This document shows, in pieces, positions 8,199 through 17,998 of a stretch of DNA of 31,521 nucleotides. The translations under genes were made by a program, and so were the position numbers. Numbering within the stretch: position 1 is the first letter of the stretch; every line of letters starts with the position of its first letter. The stretch is from the IMG/VR virus record IMGVR_UViG_3300011335_000460, positions 1-31,521 of that record; one strand, given 5' to 3'. Origin of the DNA: a virus (lineage: Duplodnaviria; Caudoviricetes). The notes beneath the pieces are model-generated. The model was not told the origin of the DNA, did not search any database, and saw nothing but the letters and a program-made list of their open reading frames with translations.

Positions 8199-10819
8199 GT
8201 TCCATCCAAATCCCAAATCTTACCGCTGCCGTTTCTGTCACGGGATCTGAACAGCTTGAGGCTGTGCAGTCGGGATCGTCTGTCCGCGTGACGGCTGCCC
8301 AGATCGCTTCATTGTCCCCATCTGGTACTGTTACGAGCGTCAACGCATCCGGCGGCACGACCGGGATGTCGTTTACCGGCGGCCCGATTACTTCATCCGG
8401 CACATTGACGCTGGCCGGAACGCTGGTTGCCGTCAACGGCGGAACCGGGCAGTCATCGTATAGCATTGGCGATATTCTTTACGCGAGCAGCTCGACTGCT
8501 TTGTCTAAACTGGCCGACGTAGCCACTGGCAATGCGTTGATTTCGGGCGGAGTGACTACCGCCCCGGCGTGGGGGAAAATCGACCTTACTACGCATGTGA
8601 CCGGCATTCTGCCATCTGCCAATGGTGGAACTGGCGTTAACAACGGGTCAAGTACGATTACGTTGGGCGGGGATCTGACGACATCCGGTGCATTCAGCAC
8701 AACCCTTACATCAACCGCCGCCACTAGCGTCACTTTGCCCGTTTCAGGTAATCTTTTAAGTTCTGTTACGGCTGTGGCTGCGGTAACTGGCACACCATCG
8801 GCGTCCAATTATCTTCGTGGAGACGGGACGTGGGCTACCTTCACGACTGGCACCGTCACGAGCGTATCCGTCACAACGGCAAATGGTGTTTCTGGAACCG
8901 TGGCTACGGCAACGACGACACCTGCAATTAGTCTGACGCTTGGCGCTATCACGCCGACAACGGTTAACGGCATCACATTTACCGCAAACGCCACGGGTTT
9001 TTCTGCGGCGGCAGGCACTGGAACTTTCACGACCGCAGGTGCTTTTGCTCAAACCCACACTGTCACTGCCGCGACTAATGTTACATTTCCCGCCGGGATA
9101 ACAAATAACAATGTTATTTCGTCCGCCACTCAATTGGCAGCCAATCCCGTCACCGGAACGCCATCGGCGTCTACATATCTTCGCGGTGACGGGACGTGGG
9201 CAGCAGTAGCCGGTAGCGGCACCGTCACGAGCGTATCCGTCACAACGGCAAATGGTGTTTCTGGAACCGTGGCCACGGCAACCACGACACCTGCAATTAG
9301 TCTGACGCTCGGCGCTATCACGCCGACAACGGTTAACGGCATCACATTTACCGCAAACGCCACGGGGTTTTCTGCGGCAGGCGGGACTACATCCAAGACA
9401 TTGACTGTTAACAACACGTTAACCCTTGCGGGCACGGATAGCTCGACATTGAATATTGGAGCGGGCGGAACCCTTGGGTCACTGGCATTTTTGTCTCTTG
9501 CCACGGGTACGTATGGCGGAACCGGCGTTAATAACGGATCAAATACAATTACGTTAGGTGGAAACATTAGTACATCTGGCGCATTCACCGCCGCAGGTGC
9601 TTTTGCTCAAACCCACACTGTCACTGCTGCGACTAATGTTACATTTCCCGCCGGGATAACAAATAACAATGTTATTTCGTCCGCCACTCAATTGGCAAAC
9701 AATCCCGTCACCGGAACACCATCGGCGTCTAATTATCTTCGCGGTGACGGGACGTGGGCTACCTTCACGACCGGCACCGTCACGAGCGTTTCGTTCACTG
9801 GCGGCATTGTTTCTGTCGCTAACCCAACAACCACGCCTGCTCTTACGGTTGCGGGAACTTCAGGCGGAATACCTTATTTTAGCTCTGCCTCAACATGGGC
9901 GACATCAGCGGCTCTAGCGGCGAACGCTATTGTCATCGGAGGCGGGGCTGGGGCAACGCCCGCGACCACCACGACCGGGACAGGCGTATTAAGTGCCCTC
10001 GCGGTCAATACTGGCTCTGCCGGTGCGTTTGTGGTTAACGGCGGCGCGCTTGGCACCCCGTCGTCCGGCACCTTGACAAGCGCCACCGGATTGCCGCTGA
10101 CAACCGGCGTAACCGGAATACTACCTGTTGCGAATGGTGGAACGGCGACATCAACCGCGTTTACTGCCGGGTCCGTTGTTTTCGCAGGCGCGAGCGGCGT
10201 TTACACGCAAAACAACAGTAATTTGTTCTGGGACAACACGAACAGTTACCTTGGGATCGGGACTGCTACCCCGCTGGCTCCCATCACGATAACAAAGCAG
10301 ATTACGGCTCTATCTGGCGGAACTGCCGCCTACGGAATGTACCAATACGTTACTTCGTCCGGGGCGCAATACATCGATTGCGTCAACAATGGCGGAAATA
10401 GCGCATTTTTGAATATCAGGACGTACTCGGGCAGCGCGTATAATACGTTTACGTTCGGCACTACCGGGGCCGCAATTCAGGGTAATAACTCGTCTACGTG
10501 GACGGTAGTTTCAGACATACAGATCAAGCAGAACGTAAGGTCTATCGGGTCTCCGTTGACTAAGATCAACGCCCTGAAACCCTGCCACTACGAATACAAA
10601 AACGCGCCGGATGAGATTAGGACCGGGTTTATCGCCCAAGAGTTTGAAAAGGTATTTCCCGGTCACGTTAGCGAAACCGATCCGCCAGACGAATTTAAGA
10701 AGTTCGTCCCGGATGGAGAGAAAATCAAATCTCTGGACGCGAATATCGTCCCGTATCTGGTTGCGGCTATCCAAGAACTCACGACACGACTTGAAGCAAT
10801 TGAAGGTAAACGCCCATGA
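8195..10819 (+). CDS. Tail fibre with C-terminal peptidase S74 intramolecular chaperone
   Basis: Thr/Gly-rich; NGGTG and YLRGDGTW fibre repeats; C-terminal SDIQIKQNV...GFIAQE...coiled coil. Confidence 0.9.
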   Translation: MSSIQIPNLTAAVSVTGSEQLEAVQSGSSVRVTAAQIASLSPSGTVTSVNASGGTTGMSFTGGPITSSGTLTLAGTLVAVNGGTGQSSYSIGDILYASSSTALSKLADVATGNALISGGVTTAPAWGKIDLTTHVTGILPSANGGTGVNNGSSTITLGGDLTTSGAFSTTLTSTAATSVTLPVSGNLLSSVTAVAAVTGTPSASNYLRGDGTWATFTTGTVTSVSVTTANGVSGTVATATTTPAISLTLGAITPTTVNGITFTANATGFSAAAGTGTFTTAGAFAQTHTVTAATNVTFPAGITNNNVISSATQLAANPVTGTPSASTYLRGDGTWAAVAGSGTVTSVSVTTANGVSGTVATATTTPAISLTLGAITPTTVNGITFTANATGFSAAGGTTSKTLTVNNTLTLAGTDSSTLNIGAGGTLGSLAFLSLATGTYGGTGVNNGSNTITLGGNISTSGAFTAAGAFAQTHTVTAATNVTFPAGITNNNVISSATQLANNPVTGTPSASNYLRGDGTWATFTTGTVTSVSFTGGIVSVANPTTTPALTVAGTSGGIPYFSSASTWATSAALAANAIVIGGGAGATPATTTTGTGVLSALAVNTGSAGAFVVNGGALGTPSSGTLTSATGLPLTTGVTGILPVANGGTATSTAFTAGSVVFAGASGVYTQNNSNLFWDNTNSYLGIGTATPLAPITITKQITALSGGTAAYGMYQYVTSSGAQYIDCVNNGGNSAFLNIRTYSGSAYNTFTFGTTGAAIQGNNSSTWTVVSDIQIKQNVRSIGSPLTKINALKPCHYEYKNAPDEIRTGFIAQEFEKVFPGHVSETDPPDEFKKFVPDGEKIKSLDANIVPYLVAAIQELTTRLEAIEGKRP
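8849..9759 (+). repeat. Interleaved internal duplications A-B-A-B in the fibre gene
   Basis: A: 8849-9009 and 9218-9378 (161 bp). B: 9033-9201 and 9591-9759 (169 bp). Near-identical DNA with in-frame offsets of 369 and 558. Confidence 0.93.
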
Positions 10820-11865
10820 CCGTAACCACAAATCAAGGGCTGAACCTTCCGGCTGCTGGCGATTCGAACTGGAACACGCCCCTAAACGCTAACTTTTCGA
10901 TCATGGATAAGGCGTTCGGCGGCAATCAGGAAATCAGCGTTACGGGCGCAACAACCACGCCTATCGTTCTGACGCTGACCCAATACCAGAACATGCTCAT
11001 TACGTTCACCGGGATACTGACGGCTAACGTCACGTATCAAATCCCTGCCGGGATCGGCGGGTGCTGGATATTCAATAACGCTGCCAGTGGGGCGTACACT
11101 CTCACAGTAGGAACGTCAACGGCTGGCGTGACGCAGGTGGTGTTGCAGGACATTCCGGTTACTTTGTATGCCGATGGAACGAACATCATTCCAGCCGGGC
11201 CGGACCTTTCTTCTGGCGGCACCATCACGGGAAATTTGGCTATTTCCGGGTCGTTAACCGCGACTGGAACGATAACATCGACAGGCAGCATAAACGCCCC
11301 TAATTTCCTTATTACCACAAATTCCGCAGTAATTGGTTACGCCAATTCAGACGCATCTATCTATGTTTATAACGCAACAGGGTCCGGCGGCAATACAAAA
11401 ACAATAGCATTAAATACAGACAATACAGAGCGCCTTAGAGTAACGAGCGCGGGTAATATAGGTATTGGAACGTCAACCCCCTCCGCAAAACTTGAGGTAA
11501 ATGGCTCAATTCTTATCGGTAACGCCGTTGCATATTATGGGAAGAATACTGGCGGAGCGTCTAGAATTATTTCTTATATTAGCAATTCAAACGATTTTAT
11601 ATTTGGCGACCCAAACCAAGCGGGTTCTATACGTTTTTACAACAACGGGATAAACTCTGCGACCATCAACTTAGATGGAAACCTTACGGTCGGCACAACA
11701 GCTCCATCAGGTATTTACAACAAGATTGGCGGCGATGGGTTCTTGTGCCGCAACGGAACAGGTGGGTCGTATAGTGGGGATTCTTTCAATATTCAGTTTG
11801 ACGGATCATCTAAAGCGTACCTGTGGATTAACGGGACGAAACTTGGCCAAATTTACGTCTTTTAA
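10816..11865 (+). CDS. Second tail fibre/spike
   Basis: N-terminal anchor (NWNTPLNANFSIMDKAFGG); TERLRVTSAGNIGIGTSTPSAKLEVNG fibre repeat; ATGA overlap. Confidence 0.8.
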   Translation: MTVTTNQGLNLPAAGDSNWNTPLNANFSIMDKAFGGNQEISVTGATTTPIVLTLTQYQNMLITFTGILTANVTYQIPAGIGGCWIFNNAASGAYTLTVGTSTAGVTQVVLQDIPVTLYADGTNIIPAGPDLSSGGTITGNLAISGSLTATGTITSTGSINAPNFLITTNSAVIGYANSDASIYVYNATGSGGNTKTIALNTDNTERLRVTSAGNIGIGTSTPSAKLEVNGSILIGNAVAYYGKNTGGASRIISYISNSNDFIFGDPNQAGSIRFYNNGINSATINLDGNLTVGTTAPSGIYNKIGGDGFLCRNGTGGSYSGDSFNIQFDGSSKAYLWINGTKLGQIYVF

Positions 11866-11874
11866 GGGGAATAC

Positions 11875-12051
11875 ATGAACATTCCGATTGTGTTGAAAAT
11901 TGAAGACTGGAACGTGATCCTGAACGCTCTTGGGCAGCGGCCTTATATCGAGGTCGCTGAAATCATCAACCGCGTCAAAATACAGGCTGACGTAGAGGTC
12001 AAGAAGGCCGAAGCGAACCTATTGAACAAACCGGATGATGCGGCCTCATGA
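11875..12051 (+). CDS. Small helical protein (58 aa, missing from the ORF track); possible fibre assembly factor
   Basis: AAGGGGA RBS; MNIPIVLKIEDWNVILNALGQRPYIEVAEIINRVKIQA...; stop overlaps the endolysin ATG (ATGA). Confidence 0.8.
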   Translation: MNIPIVLKIEDWNVILNALGQRPYIEVAEIINRVKIQADVEVKKAEANLLNKPDDAAS

Positions 12052-12842
12052 CCGACTGGCGGCGTGTCCTCGTTGCAATCGAGCCTCGCGGCAAGCCCGC
12101 CATCATTGATGGGTTTTCCGCTTCGCTCGATCAATGCGCCGCCCGCGCAGATCTGACGAGTAAACTGCGGCTGGCGCATTTCCTCGCGCAGACGGCTCAT
12201 GAATCCGCCGGGTATAAAACAACTGTCGAATACGCCAGTGGAGCGGCTTACGAAGGTCGGCGCGACCTCGGAAACGTCATTCCTGGCGACGGAAAGCGGT
12301 ATCGCGGGCGCGGCTTGATCCAGCTTACCGGGCGCGCAAACTACGCCACCTACGGAGCGGCACTAAACGTCGGATTGGAAGGAAACCCACCACTTGCGGC
12401 GGTTTTTCCGTATGCGGCCATGACCGCTGCTGAATACTGGAACAAATGCAAGATCAACGCCGCCGCCGATGCGAATGACGTGGTGAGAGTTACAAAACTC
12501 ATTAACGGCGGCACAAACGGCCTTGCAGACCGCAAGGTTCGGCTGGCCCGCGCTCAACACGCGCTGTCTGATTTACCGGCAGCACTGACGCAGCGAGCCA
12601 CAGAAATCCGCACGGAAGCCACCACACAGAAGCGTCAGGCGGGAATAGCAGTTGCGGCAAACGCAAGCGTCACCGGGTCGATTGTCGCCGCGCCGGAACC
12701 TGTCAAACCGCATTGGGCCGTCCCGGTCGGCATCGGCGGCGGGTTGCTGGCGCTCGCCATCTTCGTCGCCATCAAATCGCGCCAGAGCGGAAAGCTGGCT
12801 AACACTATTGAAACAGAAGCTCAAAGGGCTGCAAATGGCTGA
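12048..12842 (+). CDS. Endolysin, glycoside hydrolase family 19, with hydrophobic C-terminal extension
   Basis: AHFLAQTAHES, YEGRRDLGN, YRGRGLIQLTGRANY, TKLINGGTNGLADR; TM-like WAVPVGIGGGLLALAIFVAI. Confidence 0.92.
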   Translation: MTDWRRVLVAIEPRGKPAIIDGFSASLDQCAARADLTSKLRLAHFLAQTAHESAGYKTTVEYASGAAYEGRRDLGNVIPGDGKRYRGRGLIQLTGRANYATYGAALNVGLEGNPPLAAVFPYAAMTAAEYWNKCKINAAADANDVVRVTKLINGGTNGLADRKVRLARAQHALSDLPAALTQRATEIRTEATTQKRQAGIAVAANASVTGSIVAAPEPVKPHWAVPVGIGGGLLALAIFVAIKSRQSGKLANTIETEAQRAANG

Positions 12843-13392
12843 AATTGATTGGGGCAAGATTGCAGGTCCGTTAGCTTCGGCTGGCGGAACAATCCTCGGC
12901 GGCATTCTAGGTGGACCGGCAGGCGCGATGCTGGGGCCGGTAATAGGTCAAGTCGTAGCGCAGTCCCTCGGCGTCGATCCTACGCCAGAAGCTATCGGCG
13001 GCGCTCTGGCGAAGCCGGAAGCAGGTGCAATCATCGCGCAGATCGAGGCGCAGCACGCGGAAACCTTCAAGTCGGCGGAAGAACTCTACCTCGCGGACGT
13101 GCAGGACGCCCGAAAGCAAACCTTGGAGCTTGTAAAGTCTGGGTCGAGGATTGCGTGGTCCGCGCCGGTTATCTCCATGATTGTTATTTTTGGCTTTCTT
13201 GGAGCGACGGCGGCAGTCCTGACGCGATCCGTCGAGGAATCGCAAATTGCTATCCTGCTGATCGGTTCGCTGGCTACCAAGTTCTCGGATGTGGTGTCCT
13301 ATTGGATCGGCTCGTCCAAAGGGTCATCTGACAAGACGGCGACGATCAACGACGCAATGCGTCAAATTGGGAAAAACGCCCCCCGGCAATAA
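12835..13392 (+). CDS. Putative holin
   Basis: ATG 12835 overlaps the endolysin end; Gly-rich hydrophobic N-terminus, DVQDAR, two C-terminal TM segments, YWIGSSKGS. Confidence 0.75.
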   Translation: MAEIDWGKIAGPLASAGGTILGGILGGPAGAMLGPVIGQVVAQSLGVDPTPEAIGGALAKPEAGAIIAQIEAQHAETFKSAEELYLADVQDARKQTLELVKSGSRIAWSAPVISMIVIFGFLGATAAVLTRSVEESQIAILLIGSLATKFSDVVSYWIGSSKGSSDKTATINDAMRQIGKNAPRQ

Positions 13393-13424
13393 ATTTTACA
13401 TGCCGCGAATAACAAGAGGTAGTA

Positions 13425-13634
13425 ATGGCCGACGACAAAACAAATGACGACGAGCGGCCATTCACTGCTGACGAACGCCGGGCTGTCAGGCAGCTCATTC
13501 AGGCCGATAACCGCCGCCAGTGGCTCTTATCGACGATCAAGGCCGTTGCGATCTGGGTTTCGGCTGTGTCGGCTGGCCTGATAGTCCTTCAGGACTATAT
13601 TCGTAAGCTGTTGTCAGGGTCGGGGTCTCACTAA
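13425..13634 (+). CDS. Small single-TM membrane protein
   Basis: GAGG RBS; charged N-terminus then AVAIWVSAVSAGLIVL. Confidence 0.7.
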   Translation: MADDKTNDDERPFTADERRAVRQLIQADNRRQWLLSTIKAVAIWVSAVSAGLIVLQDYIRKLLSGSGSH

Positions 13635-13635
13635 C

Positions 13636-14100
13636 ATGAACGCCAAGATTCAATCGGCCATTATCGCAAACGTCACCGGCGCAATCTTTGCCTTTGGGTT
13701 TTCATGGCTTTACTTCAGGGCCGACCTTGAGGCTGTCTTTAATCCTGTCTTGACAGACGTAAAAACAGAATACGTCTCTCGGGACGGCGGTATCCTGCAT
13801 TTCAAAATAGAGTTTACAAAGGCCCGTGACGCCATTGGAATCTTGAATAGCTGGACTATGGATGATGATTTAACCAAAGAGGGCGGCGAAAAGTTCTTCA
13901 CGCCGGAAACTTGCGCCGGGAACCAGTTGGCGTCCGGCGCTTCCCCAACCGGAGCCACTCAAAAGCGGGATATGTGCGTAAGTATCCCGAAATCGTTAGA
14001 TAATCGCCATTTCGTCGTCTCGGGCTTGATTATCTACAAACTCAAGTCCGGGTTTACCGTTCCGGCAAGATTCCCAAAATTCAACGTACCGAGCAACTAG
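13636..14100 (+). CDS. N-terminally anchored membrane protein with a beta-rich exported domain
   Basis: TM segment IIANVTGAIFAFGFSWLYF; two Cys; starts 1 nt after the previous stop. Confidence 0.7.
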   Translation: MNAKIQSAIIANVTGAIFAFGFSWLYFRADLEAVFNPVLTDVKTEYVSRDGGILHFKIEFTKARDAIGILNSWTMDDDLTKEGGEKFFTPETCAGNQLASGASPTGATQKRDMCVSIPKSLDNRHFVVSGLIIYKLKSGFTVPARFPKFNVPSN

Positions 14101-14233
14101 TAGTAATCCGGCCAAACTCTTTACTTACTGGTAGAAAAAGCGTAAATATTCAAAGTCACAGTCTTGACAGGCAGGCAATACCTATGACGACACCCCACGT
14201 AACTATTGCCCAACTTCAAGATAAGGTCTTACA

Positions 14234-14995
14234 GTGACTACTGGCCTCACATACAGCCAATATGTGACGCAAATCGCCACGATGGCGGTCGTGTCGGAGA
14301 CTGACCCTAATTTTCTGACAATTCTTCCGCAGGCGATCACTTACGCCGAAAATCGGATGTATCGTGACGTTAACTTCATGTTTACGTCCACATCCCTTCA
14401 CGGCGCGACGTTCATCCTGACGGCTGGCAATAGAAACTTGTCCTTTTCGATGACATTGCCCGACAATAGCGGGACGTTCGTTGTCAGCGAGCAGATTAAC
14501 CTTCTGACGGACGCGGCTGGCGACCCATCCGCCACGACTGACCCGGATGCTTGCGTCAGGGTTCCGCTTTTGCCGACAACGAAGGAATTCCTTGACGCCG
14601 TTTATGGGTCATCTTTGGCGGCAAATCAGGGCCAGCCCAAGTATTTTGTCCCGTTCAACGAGACGTTGTTTCTGCTCGGCCCGGTGCCGGACGCTGCATA
14701 CCCGGTTGAGGTCGTAGGCACGTATCGCCCGAACAGCTTGTCATCGACGAATACATCCACGTTCATCAGCCTGTACCTGCCCGACGTGTTTATCATGGCA
14801 TCCATGATCTACATTTCGGCGTACCAGCGTAATTTCGGTCGAGCTAACGACGACCCGCAGATGGCCGTCAGCTACGAATCGCAATATCAAGCCCTTCTCA
14901 AGAGCGCACTGGTCGAGGAGGCCCGAAAGACTTTCGAGGCATCTGGATGGTCGTCGCAGGCTCCCGCCACCGTCGCCTCTCCGTCGAGGGGGTAG
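14234..14995 (+). CDS. Putative tail adaptor/connector protein
   Basis: GTG start with TAAGG; LPQAITYAENRMYRD, GQPKYF, LGPVPDAAYPVEV; precedes the nozzle-like gene. Confidence 0.65.
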   Translation: MTTGLTYSQYVTQIATMAVVSETDPNFLTILPQAITYAENRMYRDVNFMFTSTSLHGATFILTAGNRNLSFSMTLPDNSGTFVVSEQINLLTDAAGDPSATTDPDACVRVPLLPTTKEFLDAVYGSSLAANQGQPKYFVPFNETLFLLGPVPDAAYPVEVVGTYRPNSLSSTNTSTFISLYLPDVFIMASMIYISAYQRNFGRANDDPQMAVSYESQYQALLKSALVEEARKTFEASGWSSQAPATVASPSRG

Positions 14996-14998
14996 CGT

Positions 14999-17566
14999 AT
15001 GCCCCATCAAACACTAAAATTGATCGCGGGCGTAGATACCAACAAGACGCCAGCGTTGAATGAAGCCGCCATCTCGTCCTGCGACCTGATCCGGTTTATC
15101 CCCGACAGGAACAATCTGGGCCTCCCGCAGAAACTCGGCGGCTGGGATAATCTGATCCCGACATTCGGGGCAAATTCTACCGTGCGCTCCCTGTGGGCAT
15201 GGGAAAACCTTAACGCCATTCCGCACTTGGGTATCGGCGCGGAACGCGCGCTGTATGAAGCGGCTGGCAACCCGCCCGGCGCGCCGAGTAACATTTCTCC
15301 CCAGCAATACACAGCCAACATCACGATTGACGCGAGCACGGTTAGCGGCTCGTCAACCGTGACGATTGTGGATTCAAATAGCTATTTGACCGGATTAGAT
15401 GCCGTTTACATTGCTACGCAAATCAGTATTGGCGGCCTTGTCCTATACGGCCTTTACCCAATCTCATATCTGACAGTTAATTCATATACCATTCAGGCGC
15501 TTGATGTCCTCGGGACGCCAGCTCTGGCAACTTCGACGGTAAACAATGCCGGGGCCGTTCCGGCATTCACAACGACTGCGGCTTCCAATTCCGTATCGGT
15601 GGCACTCACCGCGCACGGATACGCCGCTGGCGAGACCTTTCCGGTTTTTGTGCCTACCTACGTCGGCGGGATTATCCTTTCCGGCAACTACATCATCGAT
15701 TCTATAACAAGCGCCAACGCATTCACCATTCAGGCTGAAAACTCTGCCGCGTCTGGCGCAACCGTCAGCATGAATGGCGGGAAAGCTCAATATATCTACT
15801 ATATCGGCGCTGGCGTGCTGCCCACAAACACCGGATACGGAATTGGCGTCTATGGCGGCGGCGGGTACGGATTAGGTGTCGCCGTAGTGGCTGGCCGCGT
15901 TTTGACGCCTACGGTGGCGGCTGGGACAGGCTCCGTAGCGACTATTACATTTACGGGCAATTGGAGCGTCCCAATTGGGTCAACAATTGTTATTGCGGGT
16001 ATGGTCCCCGCTGGATACAACGGAACGCAGACAGTCACAGCTTACTCGTCCAGCGCATCAACTAGCTCTGTTTCGTTTTCAAGCACGACGACCGGCGCTC
16101 TGTCTACACCTGGGACCATTACGGTAACGCAGTGGAATTTGATAACCACGTCGGTATCCAATTACGTTGTCACCCCCACCGCCGCGTCTGGCACTGGATC
16201 TGTTGCAACCATCAATTTTGATGACACCGGGAACATTCCAGTCGGGTCAACGATTGTTGTATCGGGCGTAAACAACACGTCCGCCGGATATAATGGAACG
16301 CAGACAGTCACGGTATTCTACGCTGGGCCGTCGAATAGTCAGGTATCTTACGCCAGTGCTGAAACTGCCGCACTATCCGCAACATATCCCGGAACGATTA
16401 CGGCAACGAGATGGAATTCGCTTTCGACTGCCGACTGGACGCTGGACAATTGGGGCGAAACGCTCATTGCCACGCCGTTTAATGGCGGAATTTATGAGTA
16501 TAACCCGTCAACCGGCAATACAAACGCGGCAATCATCCCGCAGGCTCCGTATGTAAACCACGGCGCAATCGTCGCCATGCCACAGCGCCAGATCATCGCG
16601 TGGGGATCAACCTTTACCGGCATCCATGACCCGATGCTGATCCGGTGGTGCGACGTTAATAACTATTCCGACTGGATCGCAAGCGTTACCAATCAAGCGG
16701 GGTCGTATCGCATCCCCAAAGGTTCCCGAATTGTTGGCGGCATTCAGGGTCCGCAGCAGGCGCTTCTTTGGACTGATCTTGGCGTCTGGGCCATGCAATA
16801 CGTCAGCCAGCCCTACGTTTACCAGTTCAACGAGGTCGGTTCCGGCTGTGGTTTGATCGCCCGCAAGGCGGCGGGAGTAATAGGCGGAATTACCTATTGG
16901 ATGGGCCAGTCGCAGTTTTATCGGATGGCCGGTTCCGGCGTCGAGCCAATCGCCTGCCCGGTCTGGGACGTGATCTTTCAGGACCTGGACACCGACAACC
17001 TCGACAAAATCCGCGTGGCCACGAATTCACGTTTCGGTGAGATCGCGTGGTATTACCCCACAACCGGCAGCGGTGAAGTCGATAAGTACGTCAAATACAA
17101 TATTGTGATGAACCAGTGGGATTTTGGGACGCTGCGCCGGACTGCGTGGATTAACGAATCCATATTCGGGCCGCCCATCGGTGCGAGCGACACAATCATT
17201 TACCAGCACGAAACATCCCCGAACGCGGCTGGCGTGCCAATGTCTTCGTCGTTCACGACAGGTTATTTTGCCTTAAGCGAAGCCGATCAAAAGATATTTG
17301 TGGATGAAGTCTGGCCGGATATGAAGTGGGGCTATTACGGCGATGATGCTCCAAATGCCAACGTAAAAATCACGTTTTACGCAAGAGATTTTCCAAGTCA
17401 AACTCCGACTGTTTACGGCCCATATACAATGACAAACTCATCGACGTGGTTTAATCCACGTATTCGTGCTAGATTATTGGCTATAAAAATATCCAGCGAC
17501 GACATTGATTCTTGGTGGAGACTTGGCGGAATACGGTACAGAAGCCAACCAGACGGGAAATACTGA
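14999..17566 (+). CDS. Putative tail nozzle / DNA stabilisation protein with inserted small beta modules
   Basis: 855 aa; propeller-like core (WTLDNWGETL, DPMLIRWCD, LLWTDLG, RTAW) ending WRLGGIRYRSQPDGK; Thr/Ser-rich insert. Confidence 0.7.
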   Translation: MPHQTLKLIAGVDTNKTPALNEAAISSCDLIRFIPDRNNLGLPQKLGGWDNLIPTFGANSTVRSLWAWENLNAIPHLGIGAERALYEAAGNPPGAPSNISPQQYTANITIDASTVSGSSTVTIVDSNSYLTGLDAVYIATQISIGGLVLYGLYPISYLTVNSYTIQALDVLGTPALATSTVNNAGAVPAFTTTAASNSVSVALTAHGYAAGETFPVFVPTYVGGIILSGNYIIDSITSANAFTIQAENSAASGATVSMNGGKAQYIYYIGAGVLPTNTGYGIGVYGGGGYGLGVAVVAGRVLTPTVAAGTGSVATITFTGNWSVPIGSTIVIAGMVPAGYNGTQTVTAYSSSASTSSVSFSSTTTGALSTPGTITVTQWNLITTSVSNYVVTPTAASGTGSVATINFDDTGNIPVGSTIVVSGVNNTSAGYNGTQTVTVFYAGPSNSQVSYASAETAALSATYPGTITATRWNSLSTADWTLDNWGETLIATPFNGGIYEYNPSTGNTNAAIIPQAPYVNHGAIVAMPQRQIIAWGSTFTGIHDPMLIRWCDVNNYSDWIASVTNQAGSYRIPKGSRIVGGIQGPQQALLWTDLGVWAMQYVSQPYVYQFNEVGSGCGLIARKAAGVIGGITYWMGQSQFYRMAGSGVEPIACPVWDVIFQDLDTDNLDKIRVATNSRFGEIAWYYPTTGSGEVDKYVKYNIVMNQWDFGTLRRTAWINESIFGPPIGASDTIIYQHETSPNAAGVPMSSSFTTGYFALSEADQKIFVDEVWPDMKWGYYGDDAPNANVKITFYARDFPSQTPTVYGPYTMTNSSTWFNPRIRARLLAIKISSDDIDSWWRLGGIRYRSQPDGKY

Positions 17567-17991
17567 TGGCCGCGTCACTTGATGACATTCTTACTACCCA
17601 AAAGAATGGTGTTATTGCCATCAATGGGTTAAATGGTCTTCTGAAGACCATTTCGGATAATTTAATTATTATCTCCGGCAATTCTACCGATGGATTCCCG
17701 TCTACGATCAGCGCCACCATCGCGGCCAGTACGACGACGCTCATTGTTGCCGGTGCCGGTAAATTGTTCAGCGTCTCGATCACTGCTCACGCGGGATCGG
17801 CGCGAATTTTCATTTACAACTCCGCGACGACTGGCGGCATCGCCGCTACGAACTGCATTTACGCTTCACACCCGGCAAACGTAACGCCGTTTATTCTGTA
17901 TGAAGCAGTTCAGTTGCCATACACGAACGGCTTGGTGGTGAAGACTGAAGCCGGAATGAATTGCTGCATTGGCTACACCCCGAACCCGTGA
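17566..17991 (+). CDS. Hypothetical virion protein (141 aa)
   Basis: TGATG coupling; MAASLDDILTTQKNGV; beta-rich C-terminal domain. Confidence 0.7.
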   Translation: MAASLDDILTTQKNGVIAINGLNGLLKTISDNLIIISGNSTDGFPSTISATIAASTTTLIVAGAGKLFSVSITAHAGSARIFIYNSATTGGIAATNCIYASHPANVTPFILYEAVQLPYTNGLVVKTEAGMNCCIGYTPNP

Positions 17992-17998
17992 GGACATA

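Noticed and set aside
8430-10150. NGGTG motifs in the fibre as members of the GG motif family
   Set aside because: Different context (LPxANGGT); this is an ordinary fibre structural repeat.
8849-10819. Fibre repeats as a diversity-generating retroelement template/variable pair
   Set aside because: No reverse transcriptase in the window; both copies are coding, internal and differ mostly at synonymous sites.
14101-14233. Promoter at TTGACA 14164-14169
   Set aside because: No acceptable -10 box at 16-18 nt spacing; a promoter in this gap is plausible but cannot be placed.
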